A stretch of DNA of 64,000 bases from Cetorhinus maximus (GCF_964194155.1 NC_135883.1:165168001-165232000), one strand, 5' to 3'; numbered from the stretch's first letter, positions 48,900 through 61,255 are shown. Translations and numbers: made by a program. The notes: generated by a model from the sequence alone, not told the origin.

Positions 48900-51727
48900 C
48901 TCTATACTAGTGCTAATAGGTAAAGTTGGGGCAAGGGAGAAAGTAACAAAATCTAAATCAGGGTTACTATACATGTATGTGAATGCATGGAGGATAGTAA
49001 ATAAGATTGGGGAGTTACAGGCACAGATTGCCAAGTGGAAATATGATGTTGTAGCAATAACAGAGATCTGGCTCAAGGAAGGGCAGAACTGGTTGTTAAA
49101 AATTCCCAGGTACAAAGTGTTCAGAAGAGATAGAAAGGAAGGGATGGAGGAGGGGTGGCAGTATTGGCTAAGGAGAGCATTGCAGACCTAGAGAAAGAGG
49201 ATGTCCCAGAGGGCTCAAGGACAGAAACAATTTGGCTACAGCTAAGGCACAAAAAGGGTGCAATTACATTGCTCAGCGTAGTCTATAGACTGTCAAATGG
49301 TGAGGAGGACGTAGAAGAACAAATCTGCAGGGAAATTACAAAGAGATGCAAGCAATGGGTGACTTTAATTACCCAAATGTAGACTGAGACAGTAGTAGAG
49401 TAAAGGGTGGAGAGGGGCAAAAGTTCCTAGACTGTGTTCAGGAGAATTTTATACAGCAGTATGTGCCCAATCCAACAAGAAAAGACACACTGTTGGACCT
49501 GGTTCTTGGAAATGAGGTGGGCCAAGTAGATCAAGTGTCATGGGGAAACATTTAGGAGACAGTGATCATTGTATTGTACGTTTTGGGATGATGGTAGAAA
49601 AGGACAATAGGCAATCCAGAGTAAGAATAATTAACTGGACAAGAGCTGACTTTGATGGGGCAAGAACGGAGCTGGGCCAGATAGACTGGAACCAAAGATT
49701 GGCAGGAAAAAGTGTAGCTGAACAATGGGCTACCTTCAAAAAAAGAATTGTTTCAGGCACAGTCAAGGTATATTCCCTCAAAAGGGAAAGGCAGGGCAAA
49801 CAAATCCAGAGCTCACTGGATGAAAAAAGAGATTGAAATTAAGATAAAGAAGAAAAAGTGTGCTTATGACAGGTGTCATGTAGAAAATACAATTGAGAAC
49901 CAAGAGGAATACAGACGGTTCAGAGGGGAGGTGACAAAGCATATTAATGAAATGAGGGGGATTATCAGAAAAGACTGGCAGCCAACATGAAGAGGAATCC
50001 CAAAGTCTTCTATAGACATATAAATAGTAAAAGGGTGGTAAAAGGAGTAGGGCCGATTAGGGACCTAAAAGGGAATTTTAGAGGCGAAGGGGCCATGGCT
50101 GAGATATTAAATTAATACTTTGCATCCATCGTTACCAAGGAGGTAGATGCTACCCAGACCGTGGTGACAGATGAGGAAACTCTGTCATTAGAAGGGTTCA
50201 AAATTGATATGGAGGATGTGTTAAATAGACTGTCCGTGCTTAAAGTTGACAAGGCACCAGGACCGGATGAGATGCATCCAAGGACCTTGAAGGAAGAGTG
50301 TGTAGAAATTGAATTGCAGGGGCACTGGCAATAATCTTTCAGTCTTCCCTAGATTCGGGGGTGGTGCCAGAGGCCTAGAGAATTGTAAACATTACGCCCT
50401 TATTCAAAAAAAGTTGTAAGGATAAGACCAGCAATTACAGACCAGTCAGTTTAACTTCAGTGTTGGGCAAGATTCTAGAAACAATTATTCAGGATAGAAT
50501 TAGTAATCACATGGAAAAATATGGGTTGATAAGGAAGAGCCAGCATGAATTTCTAAAGGTGAAATCATGCTTAACTAACTTGGAGTTTTTTTGAAGAGGT
50601 AACAGAAAAGGTCGATGAAGGTAATGCTGTTGATGTGGTGTAGTGGTGTACATGGGCTTTGAAAAGGCATTTGACACATTGCCACACAACAGACTTGTGA
50701 GAAAAGTTATTGCTCGTGGAATAAAAGGGGCAGTAGCAACATGGGTACAAAATTGGCTGAAAAATAGGGAGCAGAGAGTAATGGTCAATGGATATTTTTT
50801 GGGCTGGAGGAAGGTTTGTAGTGGAGTTCCCCAGGGGTTGATATTGGGGCCCTTGCTTTTCCTGATATATATTAATGATCTAGATTTTGGTGTGCAAGGG
50901 ACAATTTCAAAGTTTGCGAATGATACGAAGCTTGGGAGTATTGTGAACTGCAAGGACGACGGTATGGAACTTCAAAAGGACATAGACAAGATGGGAGGCA
51001 GATGAAGTTCAATGCGGAGAAGTGTGAGGTGATGCATTTTGGTAGGAAGGACATGGAGAGACAATATAAAATATGGGGTGAAATTTTGAAGGGGGTGCAG
51101 GAGCACAAAGATTTGGGTGTATATGTGCATAGATCATTGAAGGTGGCAGGTCAGGTGGAGGGAGCAGTTAATGGAGCATATAGTTCCTGGGCTTTATTAA
51201 TAGGGGCATAGAGTACAAGAGCAGGGGGGTTATGCTGAATCTATAAAAGACACTCATTAGACCTCAACGGGAATATTGCGTACAGTTCTGGGCACCACAT
51301 TATAGGAAAGATGTGAACACATTGGATAGAGTGCAGAAGAGGTTTACAAGAACGATTTCAGGGATAAGAAACTTCAGCTATGAGGATAGATTGGAGAGGT
51401 TAGGACTGTTCTCCTTGGAGAAGGAGGCAAAGAGGAGATTTGATAGAGATGTTCAAAATCATGAGGGAGCTGGACAGAGTAGATACGGAGAAGCTCTTCC
51501 CACTCGTAAAAGGATCAAAAACGAGAGGGCACAGACTTAAAGTGATTTGCAAAAGCAGCAAATGTGATGCAAGAAAAAGCTTTTTCATACAACGAGTGGT
51601 TCGGGTCTGGAATGCACTGCCTGGAAGTGTGGTGGAGGCAATTGAGGCATTCAAGAGGGCATTAGATGATTATTTAAATAGAAACAATGTGCAAAGGCAT
51701 GGGGAAAAGGCAGGGCAATGGCACTAA
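48900..51727 (+). pseudogene. CR1 ORF2p (APE endonuclease plus RT), disrupted
   Basis: YVNAWRI..VAITEIWL, LGDSDH, GVPQGLILGP and KFANDTK, with several frameshifts. Confidence 0.9.
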
Positions 51728-52254
51728 GTCATAATGCTCATTTCCAGAGCTGGTGCAGACATGATGGGCTGAATGGCCTCCTTCTGTGCCATTAAAATTC
51801 TGTGATTCTGTGAACTGCAACTCTCTGGTGTCAAGGATCTGTCAGAATGAAGTAGCAGGAACCTATTCTATTGTAATTCTATTTTCTTAACAAGCTCACA
51901 AGCAAGTGAGAAGCCACATCACCCACAAAGTGAAAAAGGAAAAACCTGACTAACAGTAAAAAAAAAATGCATACTCATGTATACACAAGGGGCCAAATGT
52001 ATGTGTCTGGATAGGGCATTACTGCTCTATTAAGAATGCCTCAAATTATGGATTAGAGATTCAAAACCAGATATTCCACATGAACTGCCATTCGAAGACT
52101 GACAGCAAAGCCACATTCCAAGGTGGTGAACGGGACAATTATAACACTGCAATTTTAGTATGATTCAAGCAAAGAGCATTTTGTAATAGTGCCAATCCTT
52201 GAAGTTAAAAAAAAAAATCCCATATGATCTGGAGGTCTCAACAATTAACTAGAA

Positions 52255-52560
52255 GAGTCAGAGTCATTATGATACAAAAGGAGGCCATTTAGCCCACCAA
52301 GTCCATGCTAGCTCTCTGTGGAGCAATCTAGTCAGTCCCATTCCTGCTCTATCCCTATAGCTTTGCAAGTTTATTTCCTTCAATATTCCCCCTACGTCCA
52401 ACTTCCTTTTGAAATCATTAATCCTCTTTATTTCCATCCTCGTAGGCAGTGACATCCAGTCATTATCATTCGCTGTATAAAAAAAAACTTTTTTTCACAT
52501 CCCCCCCCCCGGATCTCTTGTCCAGAATCTTAAATCTATGTCCCCTAGTCCTTGTACCAA
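52255..52560 (-). mobile_element. CR1 3' end
   Basis: AAGGAGGCCATTTAGCCCA..CTTAAATCTATGTCCCCTAGT. Confidence 0.8.
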
Positions 52561-53201
52561 AATTAACTGTTATGAAGTAAAATTATTCAATAGAGGCACT
52601 GAGCTTTCCAATGATTTTATTCCACATTTAAATATTGTGTGGGTCATTGCTTATACACATAGATGTGACCATTAAATACAAGAATCATAATATAATTGTG
52701 AATGACTTTTGATGATCCAAATAATCATATTTTCTTACATTCCTGTCTGTTCTGCATAGCAGTCTCAAAGGGAAATGCAAACCATCCCCAGATGTTAGAA
52801 AACTTCACAAAGTACTTTTATATTTGGTGCTTCTTTAATTTGTAACACAAGAGAGTGACATTTGTGCTGCTTGCATTTCCATTGCTAAAACTGGATCATT
52901 TATCCCTATTGCTAAATTAAAGTACCAAATGTAGAAGCATCCTTTAGATATCAAATATGTCCAACTAGTGTGTGAATGACTGCATAATCATATTTAAATA
53001 GCAATAAATAATAATGTTTTTAAATCAATTACTCAGATCCAATCTTTTATGAAGTTAAATCTAAAAGTGGAATTTTTGAAGATAATTATTAATTTATTAA
53101 AATTGAATTGGGCATGGTAGTAAAACATCCACTGCTGCTTCAAACCATAGCTACAAAATATTTGGTGAACGTCACTGTGGGGTTGATACTGAGGCACTCA
53201 C

Positions 53202-53291
53202 CATCCTTCTTGTACAAGGATACAGGTCTGTCCAGCTCCTGATCTCAGTTGTTTTCAGTGGAAGATGCCAAGCACAGGCAGTCAGGCAGCC
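53202..53291 (-). other. Candidate 90-nt exon ending in ATG at the donor (5'UTR/uORF start, or a phase-0 coding exon)
   Basis: Pyrimidine-rich acceptor CTCTTTCTCCACCCCCCACCCCTATTTCCCGAAG/ and consensus donor ATG/GTGAGT. The sequence is unique. Frame 0 is open (GCLTACAWHLPLKTTEIRSWTDLYPCTRRM). Confidence 0.6.
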
Positions 53292-53596
53292 CTTCGGGAA
53301 ATAGGGGTGGGGGGTGGAGAAAGAGTGGAGAGTCTGTAGTGTTGTTTGGTGTTAAAGGGGGCATTGTAGTAGATTGGGAGCACTGCACATCCATCCTCTC
53401 AGCAATAGGAAAACAAATTCCATAGTTTATCATTGATATTTCAGAGATCAATATACCAACTCTATCTAACTGACCCATTAATGAAAGGGTCAGTAATTGA
53501 GCTGATTATTGGCTACGGGTTTCAACAATCACTTCAACACATTAAAGCAGTAGATAAGCCATAGGAGCTGCCGCACTGAAAAATAATGCTGCTTTT

Positions 53597-54596
53597 AGGA
53601 TCAGTGCTAGGGCCTCAGCTATTTACAATCTATATTAATGACTTAGATGAGTAGACAAAGGGTAATGTATCTAAGTTTGCTGATGATTCCAGGCTAGGTG
53701 GAAAGGTAATCTGTGGGGAAGCCACAGAGAGGCTACAAAGAGATATAGACAGTTTAGGTGACTGGGCAAACAAGATGGCAGATGGAGTACAATATGGGGA
53801 ACTATGAAGTTATTCACTTTGGTCTTAGAATAAAAAAGCAGGATGTTTTTTTAAAAGGTGAGAAACTTCTAAGTGTTGATATTCAAAGAGACTTGGGTGT
53901 GCTTGTACTAGGAACACAGTCAGCATGCAGGAGCAGCAAGCAATTAGGAAGGCAAATGGAATGTTGGCCTTTATTACAAGGGGATTGGAGTACAAGGGTA
54001 AAGAAGTCTTGCTCCAGTTGTACAGGGTTTTGGTGAGGCCACATTTGGAATACTGTGTGCAGTTTTGGTCTCCACATTTAAGAAAGGATATACTCGCATT
54101 GGAGGCGTTACGGCGAAGGGTGGCTAAATTGGTTCCTGGGATGAGGGGGCTGTCCTATGACTAGAGGCTAAATAAATTGGGCCCATATTCTCTGGAGTTC
54201 AGGAGAATGAGAGGCAATCTCATGGAAACCTACAAAATTCTGAGGGTGCTATTTAGGGTAGACGCTGAGATTGTTTCCGCTAGTTGGGGAGTCTAAAACA
54301 TGGGGCACAGTCTCCGCATAAGGAGCCAATTTTTTAGGACTGAGATGAGAAGAAATTTCGTCACTCAAAGGGTTGTGAATCTTTGGAATTCTCTACCCCA
54401 GAGAGTTGTGGATGCTCCATCATTGAATACATTTAAGGCTGAGATAGACATATTTTTGGTGTCTCAGAGAATTAAGGGATATGGGGAGTGGGTAGGAAAA
54501 TGGAGTTGAAACCCAAGGTCAGCCACGATCCTATTTAATGGCGGAACAGGCTCGAGGGGCCATGTGGCCTACTCCTGATCCTATTTCTTATGCTCT
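53597..54596 (+). mobile_element. CR1 RT C-terminus and 3'UTR
   Basis: GSVLGPQLFTIYINDLD..SKFADD and ORFs 53925-54164 and 54300-54509. Confidence 0.9.
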
Positions 54597-54890
54597 TAGA
54601 CAGCTCTGGTGCTGTCACCTCTCAACAACATGTGTCAAGCAGACAACAAAACCACAAGGTACTCTTGCTAATTTTTCTATGGCCAGAAGATGGTTTTACA
54701 TGCCACTGGCCTTTTTGAGCACTGGCTGTCTAGGAGTTGTGCACTGGGAGCCAGTGACCATAACATGGCAAGTTCTAAATAAAATCAACTGTAAGTGCTG
54801 ACATTTTACTGTACCATGCTGCAAAAGATCATTCACTTTATAATCCAAACAGTCAGTGGCTCATGAACCAACTGGCAGACATTTCTACAA

Positions 54891-55078
54891 TAAAAACAGA
54901 AAATGCTGGAAAAACTCAGCAGGTCTGGCAGCATCTGTGCAGAGAGAAACAGCTAATGTTTCGAGTCAAATATGACCCATCAGAAGTTCTGAAGATGCTG
55001 CCAGACCTGCTGAGGTTTTCCAGCATTATCTGTTTTTATTTCAGATTTCCAGCATCTGCAGTATTTTGCTTTTATTTT
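54891..55078. mobile_element. Mini Penelope family B insertion: inverted pLTR pair with a 14-bp TSD
   Basis: Arms of about 48 bp (54889-54936 and 54993-55040). The TSD is AGACATTTCTACAA (54877-54890) / AGATATTTCTACAA (55079-55092). Confidence 0.85.
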
Positions 55079-56004
55079 AGATATTTCTACAAACCTAGGT
55101 GGGTGACTTGGTGACACTTATTTCTGCAATGACTGTATTATTGGTCAAAAGGAAGTGTGTAAGTATAGTCAAGAGTAACTCTCATTCACACTCAGCCACC
55201 AACTACAAATTCCCCACAAAGGAGATCAGGAACCCCTTGTGTGAGGTTTATTCCAGCATGTCTATTATTTCACGTTACCACACACCTCAAATTGATTTTC
55301 TTTTTAAAAAAAAAGTCAACAAGTGCTTTATGGCATGTGCTTGTTCTTTCACACAACTGGTGCCAAGATCCTGACACAAGACTTAAACATTTTTTTTCTC
55401 AGCTTTAAGTGTTGATCATTCCTATTGAAAGCTATGTAAGTGTTTCAAAAGAGCAGCATTCATTATGCTTAACATCACAGCAACATTGCTGAGCTTCCCT
55501 ATAAAAGCTGCACAGAAAAGATAAGTGCACTCAAAACAAACCCAATACTGTAACTTCAATGGATTCCCTTTGCCTGCTTGGCATAGTGCATCAAGAATGT
55601 TTGGGTAGTGCTCAGGGCAATTTGCCTGAGCACTAACCAGCATCTGTGTCCCAAGATTAATGCAGCTGGATACAAGAGAGCTTTAGTAAGGTGATGTCAA
55701 CATTCTGCTAGTGCTCCAGTCTGCAGAAACCTATTACTCACTGCTCCCAAGTTTTAACAAACAACGAGAGTCATTACGATAATCAGCAGCTCTCCTAAAA
55801 CATTAACTCATTTCCCAACGACATAGACAGTAAAATGGACAAGTGAAGGTAACTGTCAGGTATCAAACATCTCTAGCACATCCCTTAGATTGAATAATCT
55901 TCACTTAGGGATCTAGATGAAGGCTTTGAGCATTCGTGTTTCCCAAAAAGTAGCAAAAACACTCACCCAACATTAGGTGTACAATATAACCTGAACCATC
56001 AATA

Positions 56005-56180
56005 TTTAGGAGTAGTTGAGGTGACTAGCATAAATGAATTTATGGAGAAGCTAGATGATCACGAGGGCGAAAGGAATAAAAGGCTATGCTGAAAAGGTTA
56101 GATGAAGAGCAATGGGAAGAGGTTCGGATGCAGTATAAGTTGGGCTGAAAACAGGTCATTTCTGATCTGTCAATTCTACG
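56005..56180 (+). mobile_element. Old CR1 3'UTR, same type as 4690-4860
   Basis: GAAGCTAGAT..GGAATAAAAGGCTATGCTGA..GGTTAGATG. Confidence 0.65.
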
Positions 56181-58366
56181 TTTATCATTTTTTGGCAATT
56201 CCACTTAAATAAAACTTAAAATGTATCCAAGGAAGAGAAGGCCGACACCACAGACATCAGTGTTATCACTTTCAGCTTCCTAACATGACCTGACAGCAGA
56301 GATGATTCGCACAGTTTGAATTTTTTCTTGAACTTACAAAATGGAATATGTCAGTTCTATTTTGCATTTCTCTCAGGGCATGTAACACTAACAAGACTAC
56401 ATTTATTGCCTATCAACTACTACCCTGCAAATGAGTGTCTTGTAGATGACTTCAATGGGTATCAAGGGTCATGCACTAGTGTAAGACTAGAGCACATGTA
56501 AGCCATACAGGTTCCCAGAACAGGTGAATAATGTCATACCCAACCTGATACAGCTTCCCTGGAAGAACATCTCAGGCTTAAAGTTTCAACTAAAATAACA
56601 CTGACCAATTAACCCATAAGGTTCCTTAATAAAAGAAACACACAACTTCACAAATCAATGGTTGCTGAATAAACCATTGACAGCTTTTAGTAGGAAACCA
56701 GCTGACTTCTAACAGCCAGTACAAATGAGGGTTGAAAAGGCTGGTGTCTACACAAAAAAAAACGGATGGTTGGTGAGTATGATTATAACAGATGCAATAT
56801 TGGATAACACAGCAGTTTAAGTTGTGACAAGTGTGTGCCCTCTGTCCTCTTAGGTACTTCTTTTCACATGTTACATGTCAGCCAATTGGATTTCACAGAA
56901 AACCTGAATTGCAGGATGTGATCCCAAAACACTAACAGAAGTTCTGAAATTCAGTGTGATAAAAATTTAGCTTATTTAGTCATCCTGGACAGTGGGCTTG
57001 GTCATTGGCCTTTATTCAGGGCTATTTTCCAGTTGTCAGCTCTTATGATGCTGTTAGCCAGCTTTTCAGTTGAATCATAGCATGTACATGTCATTCATTT
57101 AGCACTAACCTGCAGGCAACAAGCTCCAGACTGAGCAACAGAGCCACCATTGTATTCCATGAAGTAATATTTAATCAAGGAGGATTCCTTCTTTCAATTC
57201 TATGTCCCTAATTCAGAAATATTCTCCAGCTGTACATTCCTACACCAAATATTATTCAGACACCAGGTTATTCTTCATTTACTGCTCCATTATCCATGGA
57301 TTTGCATTCAATTCCTACGTCCTTTCCTCCTCTCCCCTAAATTCATCCACTTCAGCTCACTTCTGACAATCAAAAGCTTCTTTCTTCAACTCGGACCTTC
57401 ACATTCCACCCTCAAGCTATTAGTTTCCCCTTCCTTCCCCTATTGCTCATTGTCCTGATTTTCCCAAACTGTGTGAAGTCCTTTAAGGTATCTTGATGGG
57501 GCCTACAGAAAGTTTAAATATTTTTCATTTGTTGAGTTGTATGCTAAAATGTGTTATAAACAGGGGCAGGAGGGGGGGGGAATTAATTATTTGATATCTG
57601 CTATTGGCTCTGCAGGCTTCGCAGATAAGGATCAAGAGGTTTAACAGGATTCATCATCAAAAATCTACTGGATAGAGTTCCTGCATAACAGAAAATTATA
57701 TTCCAAAACAAAAAAATCAAAACATTCAGACTCCCAAAGTTGAAAGACTGCATCTAGGAGTTGAAATCAATGTTTACTGTCAGAATAACCATTTTCAGTC
57801 TAAACCACTAGTCACTAGTTACAATGAATGTGATCAAACATCACTTCCAAAATTAGCTCAAATCAATTCACCTCAAGACTTTTCGTCAATATTCCATCTC
57901 CTGTGCTACAGTTCTATCCAATAATTATTTGGCTCTATGAACAAGAGAAAATATGCTGCCTTTGCAGTGATAACTCTGCTTCTGATAGCAAGGAGTTCAG
58001 ATAGTAGACATTATAAAACTCACATTACTACCATCATTCCCACCACCAAACCGCCAATCCCCAAGCTTAACCACAATATAATTAATGAGGTTGTATTGAT
58101 TAACTCAAAGTTTTCAATCTTGACAGCACAGTACTTATTCAGGCCTGCAGCACCGGACTGCTAAATGAAGTCCAGGGGTGAAGCGGAAATGCTAAGCCAA
58201 GTGCCCAGGGCAAGAACAGAAGTTTTACATTAGGCAGCAATAAATATATCATATCAGCTTGTCACAGCAGGAATCTGGAGCAGAATATTGTTCAGTTCCC
58301 CAGTTTCACTTGTGTCACTATTTAACATTGCGCCACCAATAATTTTTCCATCATCTTGCCAAATTC

Positions 58367-58395
58367 TATATATATATATATATATACACACACAC
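58367..58395. repeat. (TA)n(CA)n microsatellite
   Basis: TATATATATATATATATATACACACACAC seen directly. Confidence 0.95.
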
Positions 58396-58521
58396 TTTTT
58401 AAACTGGAAACCCCATCACCCTTATCGAAAGGTACCGACTCAAGCAAGTGTACACTCCACTGTGCCAGCCTCCATTCAGTACCTCACCCAAGCTGCATGT
58501 AAACTGCACATGTAAAGCTAG

Positions 58522-60364
58522 TGTTATAAATGCTATATTTTATAATACGGTTTTAAACTGTCCCTTTTAATTTAAGTTAAAACAGAATGCCCTGGAAAGG
58601 GGGATAGTGTGAAGTTGTATTGAACTCTGCCTGGTGACAAGCCCATGTGATCTGATTGCCATGGGGACAAAGGGGCCAATGCCAAGCCCTATTGAAAGTC
58701 AGGTGCAAGCTTTAACACCTGAACACAATGGAGGAGCAACCGGCCTTGCTACATGCAGACATACAGGACAAAACTTTCCAGTCCCCATGGAGGGGCCGGC
58801 GAGCCATTGAAATCTCCGTTCACACTGGTGGGACTGGAAGATCCCACTGGCATGAGGCATTGAAAATTCCAGCCACTGACTCAGTCAATCAAACAAAATG
58901 TTTCAGGGGGAGACGACCCACAACAGGCGCTGCTACGCCAGGCAGAAGAAGAGGACTGCTTTTGGGTTTGTCATGAAACTAATACTTTTCATAATATTAC
59001 TGTCAGTTTTTGGTTGTCAGTAGAATCGATTTAATTAAGTTAGAGTCAGATAGACTGTAAGGTTGAAATTAACAGAAGAAGTTTGGTGTAAAAAGGCATT
59101 TGAAATGCTAATGAGTAAACATAGATGAGGGCAGCATGCAGAGTGTGAAGGAAATTTGCATTTTAAGATAAGTGGAAAGGTGTTTGGGTTTCAAAGGGAT
59201 GGTAGGATGTTTACAACTAACAAGATAAATAGGACAAGATTATGATGTTTATTTTTCCCAAAAGGAAAGAGACCATATTGACAACATGAAAGATTTTTAT
59301 ATTATGGGAAAAATAAATTTCCAAAGACCTGTAGAACAATGGAATTTACGGATTAAAGAGAAAGAAAACATATATAAAGAAGGATAGAAGACTATGTGGG
59401 GTGTGGCCATGTGAGATTGAAACGTACACAGTGTGAAGTAGTCCTTGGGGAAAAGCGTCCAGCCACTTTAACAGAAGTCTGCTGTGTCCAGTAACTAAAG
59501 TTGTATTACAAGCCTTTGGAATTCCACTGCCAACCTTGCTGGGTTGATTTTATAATTTCAAATCTTTTTTGGACTGTTGCCTTAAAGGGGGTATCTAGTT
59601 GGGAGCTTGTTTATTAAGACTAACTAACCGTGTAACTGTAATCTTGTGTGTTTATTGTTTTGTTTTTTATCTTGTGTTAATAAATGTTTTAACTTAATTT
59701 TAAAAATCTCCAAAAGTGTTAGTGGACTCAATTCTTCGGAATTCAGTGCATAAACCTTCCCATAAGAAATACAAATTGCAAAATCATTATAATAGCATGG
59801 CCAAATTTCCCTTGTGGGTTTAGTCTGCCTGGCACTTAACACATCATAACAGGTTAATCACCAAGCAGAGTGCTGGTGAGGGCAGAACCCCCTGTTCAAA
59901 GGAATGAAGCTTGCTGTGGAGAGTTGGAGATCAAAAATTCACCAGAGTGTGTCTTGCTGCTAGAATTGCATTCAAGTATACTCAAAGTTGAGTGAAGGAG
60001 ACTTTGTTTAAAAGGACACTGAAAGATTCATCCTGGCTGGCAGGCAGGCAGGGAGAACAGACTGTTGAATCACTGAGAAACATCCAGGACATTAAATACA
60101 GGCTAATTATCAGTTGAGAATTTGTCATAACATATAAACATGGCATGGGGTTTTCAGCTATGTTAAGAAGTTAATGAGGATACTTTTCCTGTAGTTTAGT
60201 ATATTAATTGCCTACTAAGTAATGTTTAGTCAATGTCGATTTTAGTGTGTGTGTTACAGCAAAAGTCTTAAAATGTGGGATCTTGTCTTGTGATCCTTTG
60301 CGTAGGTCACTGGAAAATTCATATCTCTTTTTTAAAATTATCGGTCTCTACGGGGATCGTATCA
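58522..60364 (+). mobile_element. Outer solo LTR with a 4-bp TSD CTAG
   Basis: CTAG(58518-58521)-TGTTATA...GATCGTATCA-CTAG(60365-60368). Confidence 0.75.
58969..59851 (+). mobile_element. Inner solo LTR (883 bp) with a 4-bp TSD GGTT
   Basis: GGTT(58965-58968)-TGTCATGA...TCATAACA-GGTT(59852-59855), with TATATAAA at about 59371 and AATAAA at about 59679. Confidence 0.85.
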
Positions 60365-60574
60365 CTAGACAGACTGTTCAAACAAGGGTGGATTATGACA
60401 TCCACATGATGTTAACAAATGTGCATGATCCAGATGCAGTCACTAACAAGCACTAATAAGCAGAAGCTCTGGTCAATTTTTTCCTCCCTTGTCTGAAGTA
60501 AGCGGTGGCCAATTGTAGTCACCCTACCCTCAACCTGGCTGATGTCAGCTAATTCATCATAGGCTTGAGACCAT

Positions 60575-61255
60575 GGCCAGGATGTTCCTGTTGGCAAGCG
60601 AGGGGCAGGGCCCGCTCGCCGACGCGTAGAATGACGTGCGGTGACGTTGGGAGGAATTCCCAATGCCACCGCGTCCCACTTAAATTTTCAGGTAGGCGGG
60701 GGCTCAGCAAAATCAGCTGTGCACCCGCTGACCTGTCAATGGCCAATTCAGGCCATTGATAGAGTCATTAAAGTAATTAATGGACCTGCCTGTCCAACCT
60801 TAAGGTTGGTGGGCAGGCCAGGAGCCCTGGCGGGCATTAGAAAAAGCATGAAACCTCATCCATGGGCGGGATGAGGTTTCATGTAGGTTTTGAAAAATTA
60901 AATTGAAGTGTTTTTAAAAGTTATGGACATGTCCCAACTCATGTGACAGTATCACATGAGGGGACATCAGAGAATTTTTTTTTTCTATTTTTAATATACA
61001 GCCGATCTCCCTGAGGCAGCACTTTGCCTCAGGGAGACGAGTGCGCTCTTTTGTGCGCATGCGCGAGAGAGCGCACTCTCGGCTCAGGGAATTCCCCCCA
61101 CCCGCACAGGGAGCGCATAGCACTTCCGTGTGGACATCATCTGGGCGGGCCTTAATTGGCCTGCCCGCCATTTTACGTTTGGAGGCTCCGATCAGAGGCA
61201 CGCCTCCGCGCGCCCGCTCTTCAACTTCCCCCCCGACAAGGGGAAAATTCTGCCC
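60575..61255. mobile_element. Complete Harbinger/PIF-like MITE (681 bp) made of serial hairpins
   Basis: TIRs GGCCAGGATGTTCC and revcomp GGGCAGAATTTTCC match at 11/14. The 3-bp TSD is CAT at 60572-60574 and 61256-61258. It is CpG-rich and non-coding. Confidence 0.8.

Larger units (their letters stand above)
47596..51812 (+). mobile_element. Full-length (about 4.2 kb) decayed CR1 LINE: 5'UTR, ORF1, ORF2, 3'UTR and (ATTCTGTG)2 tail
   Basis: ORF1 from ATG 47872, ORF2 at about 48900-51727, and a possible TSD TGAAATGCA (47588-47596) / TGAACTGCA (51811-51819). Confidence 0.92.

Noticed and set aside
60736-61166. Serial palindromes as a possible CRISPR-like or attC-like array
   Set aside because: The hairpins differ from each other in sequence, have no repeat-spacer periodicity and lie inside a TIR/TSD-bounded eukaryotic element.
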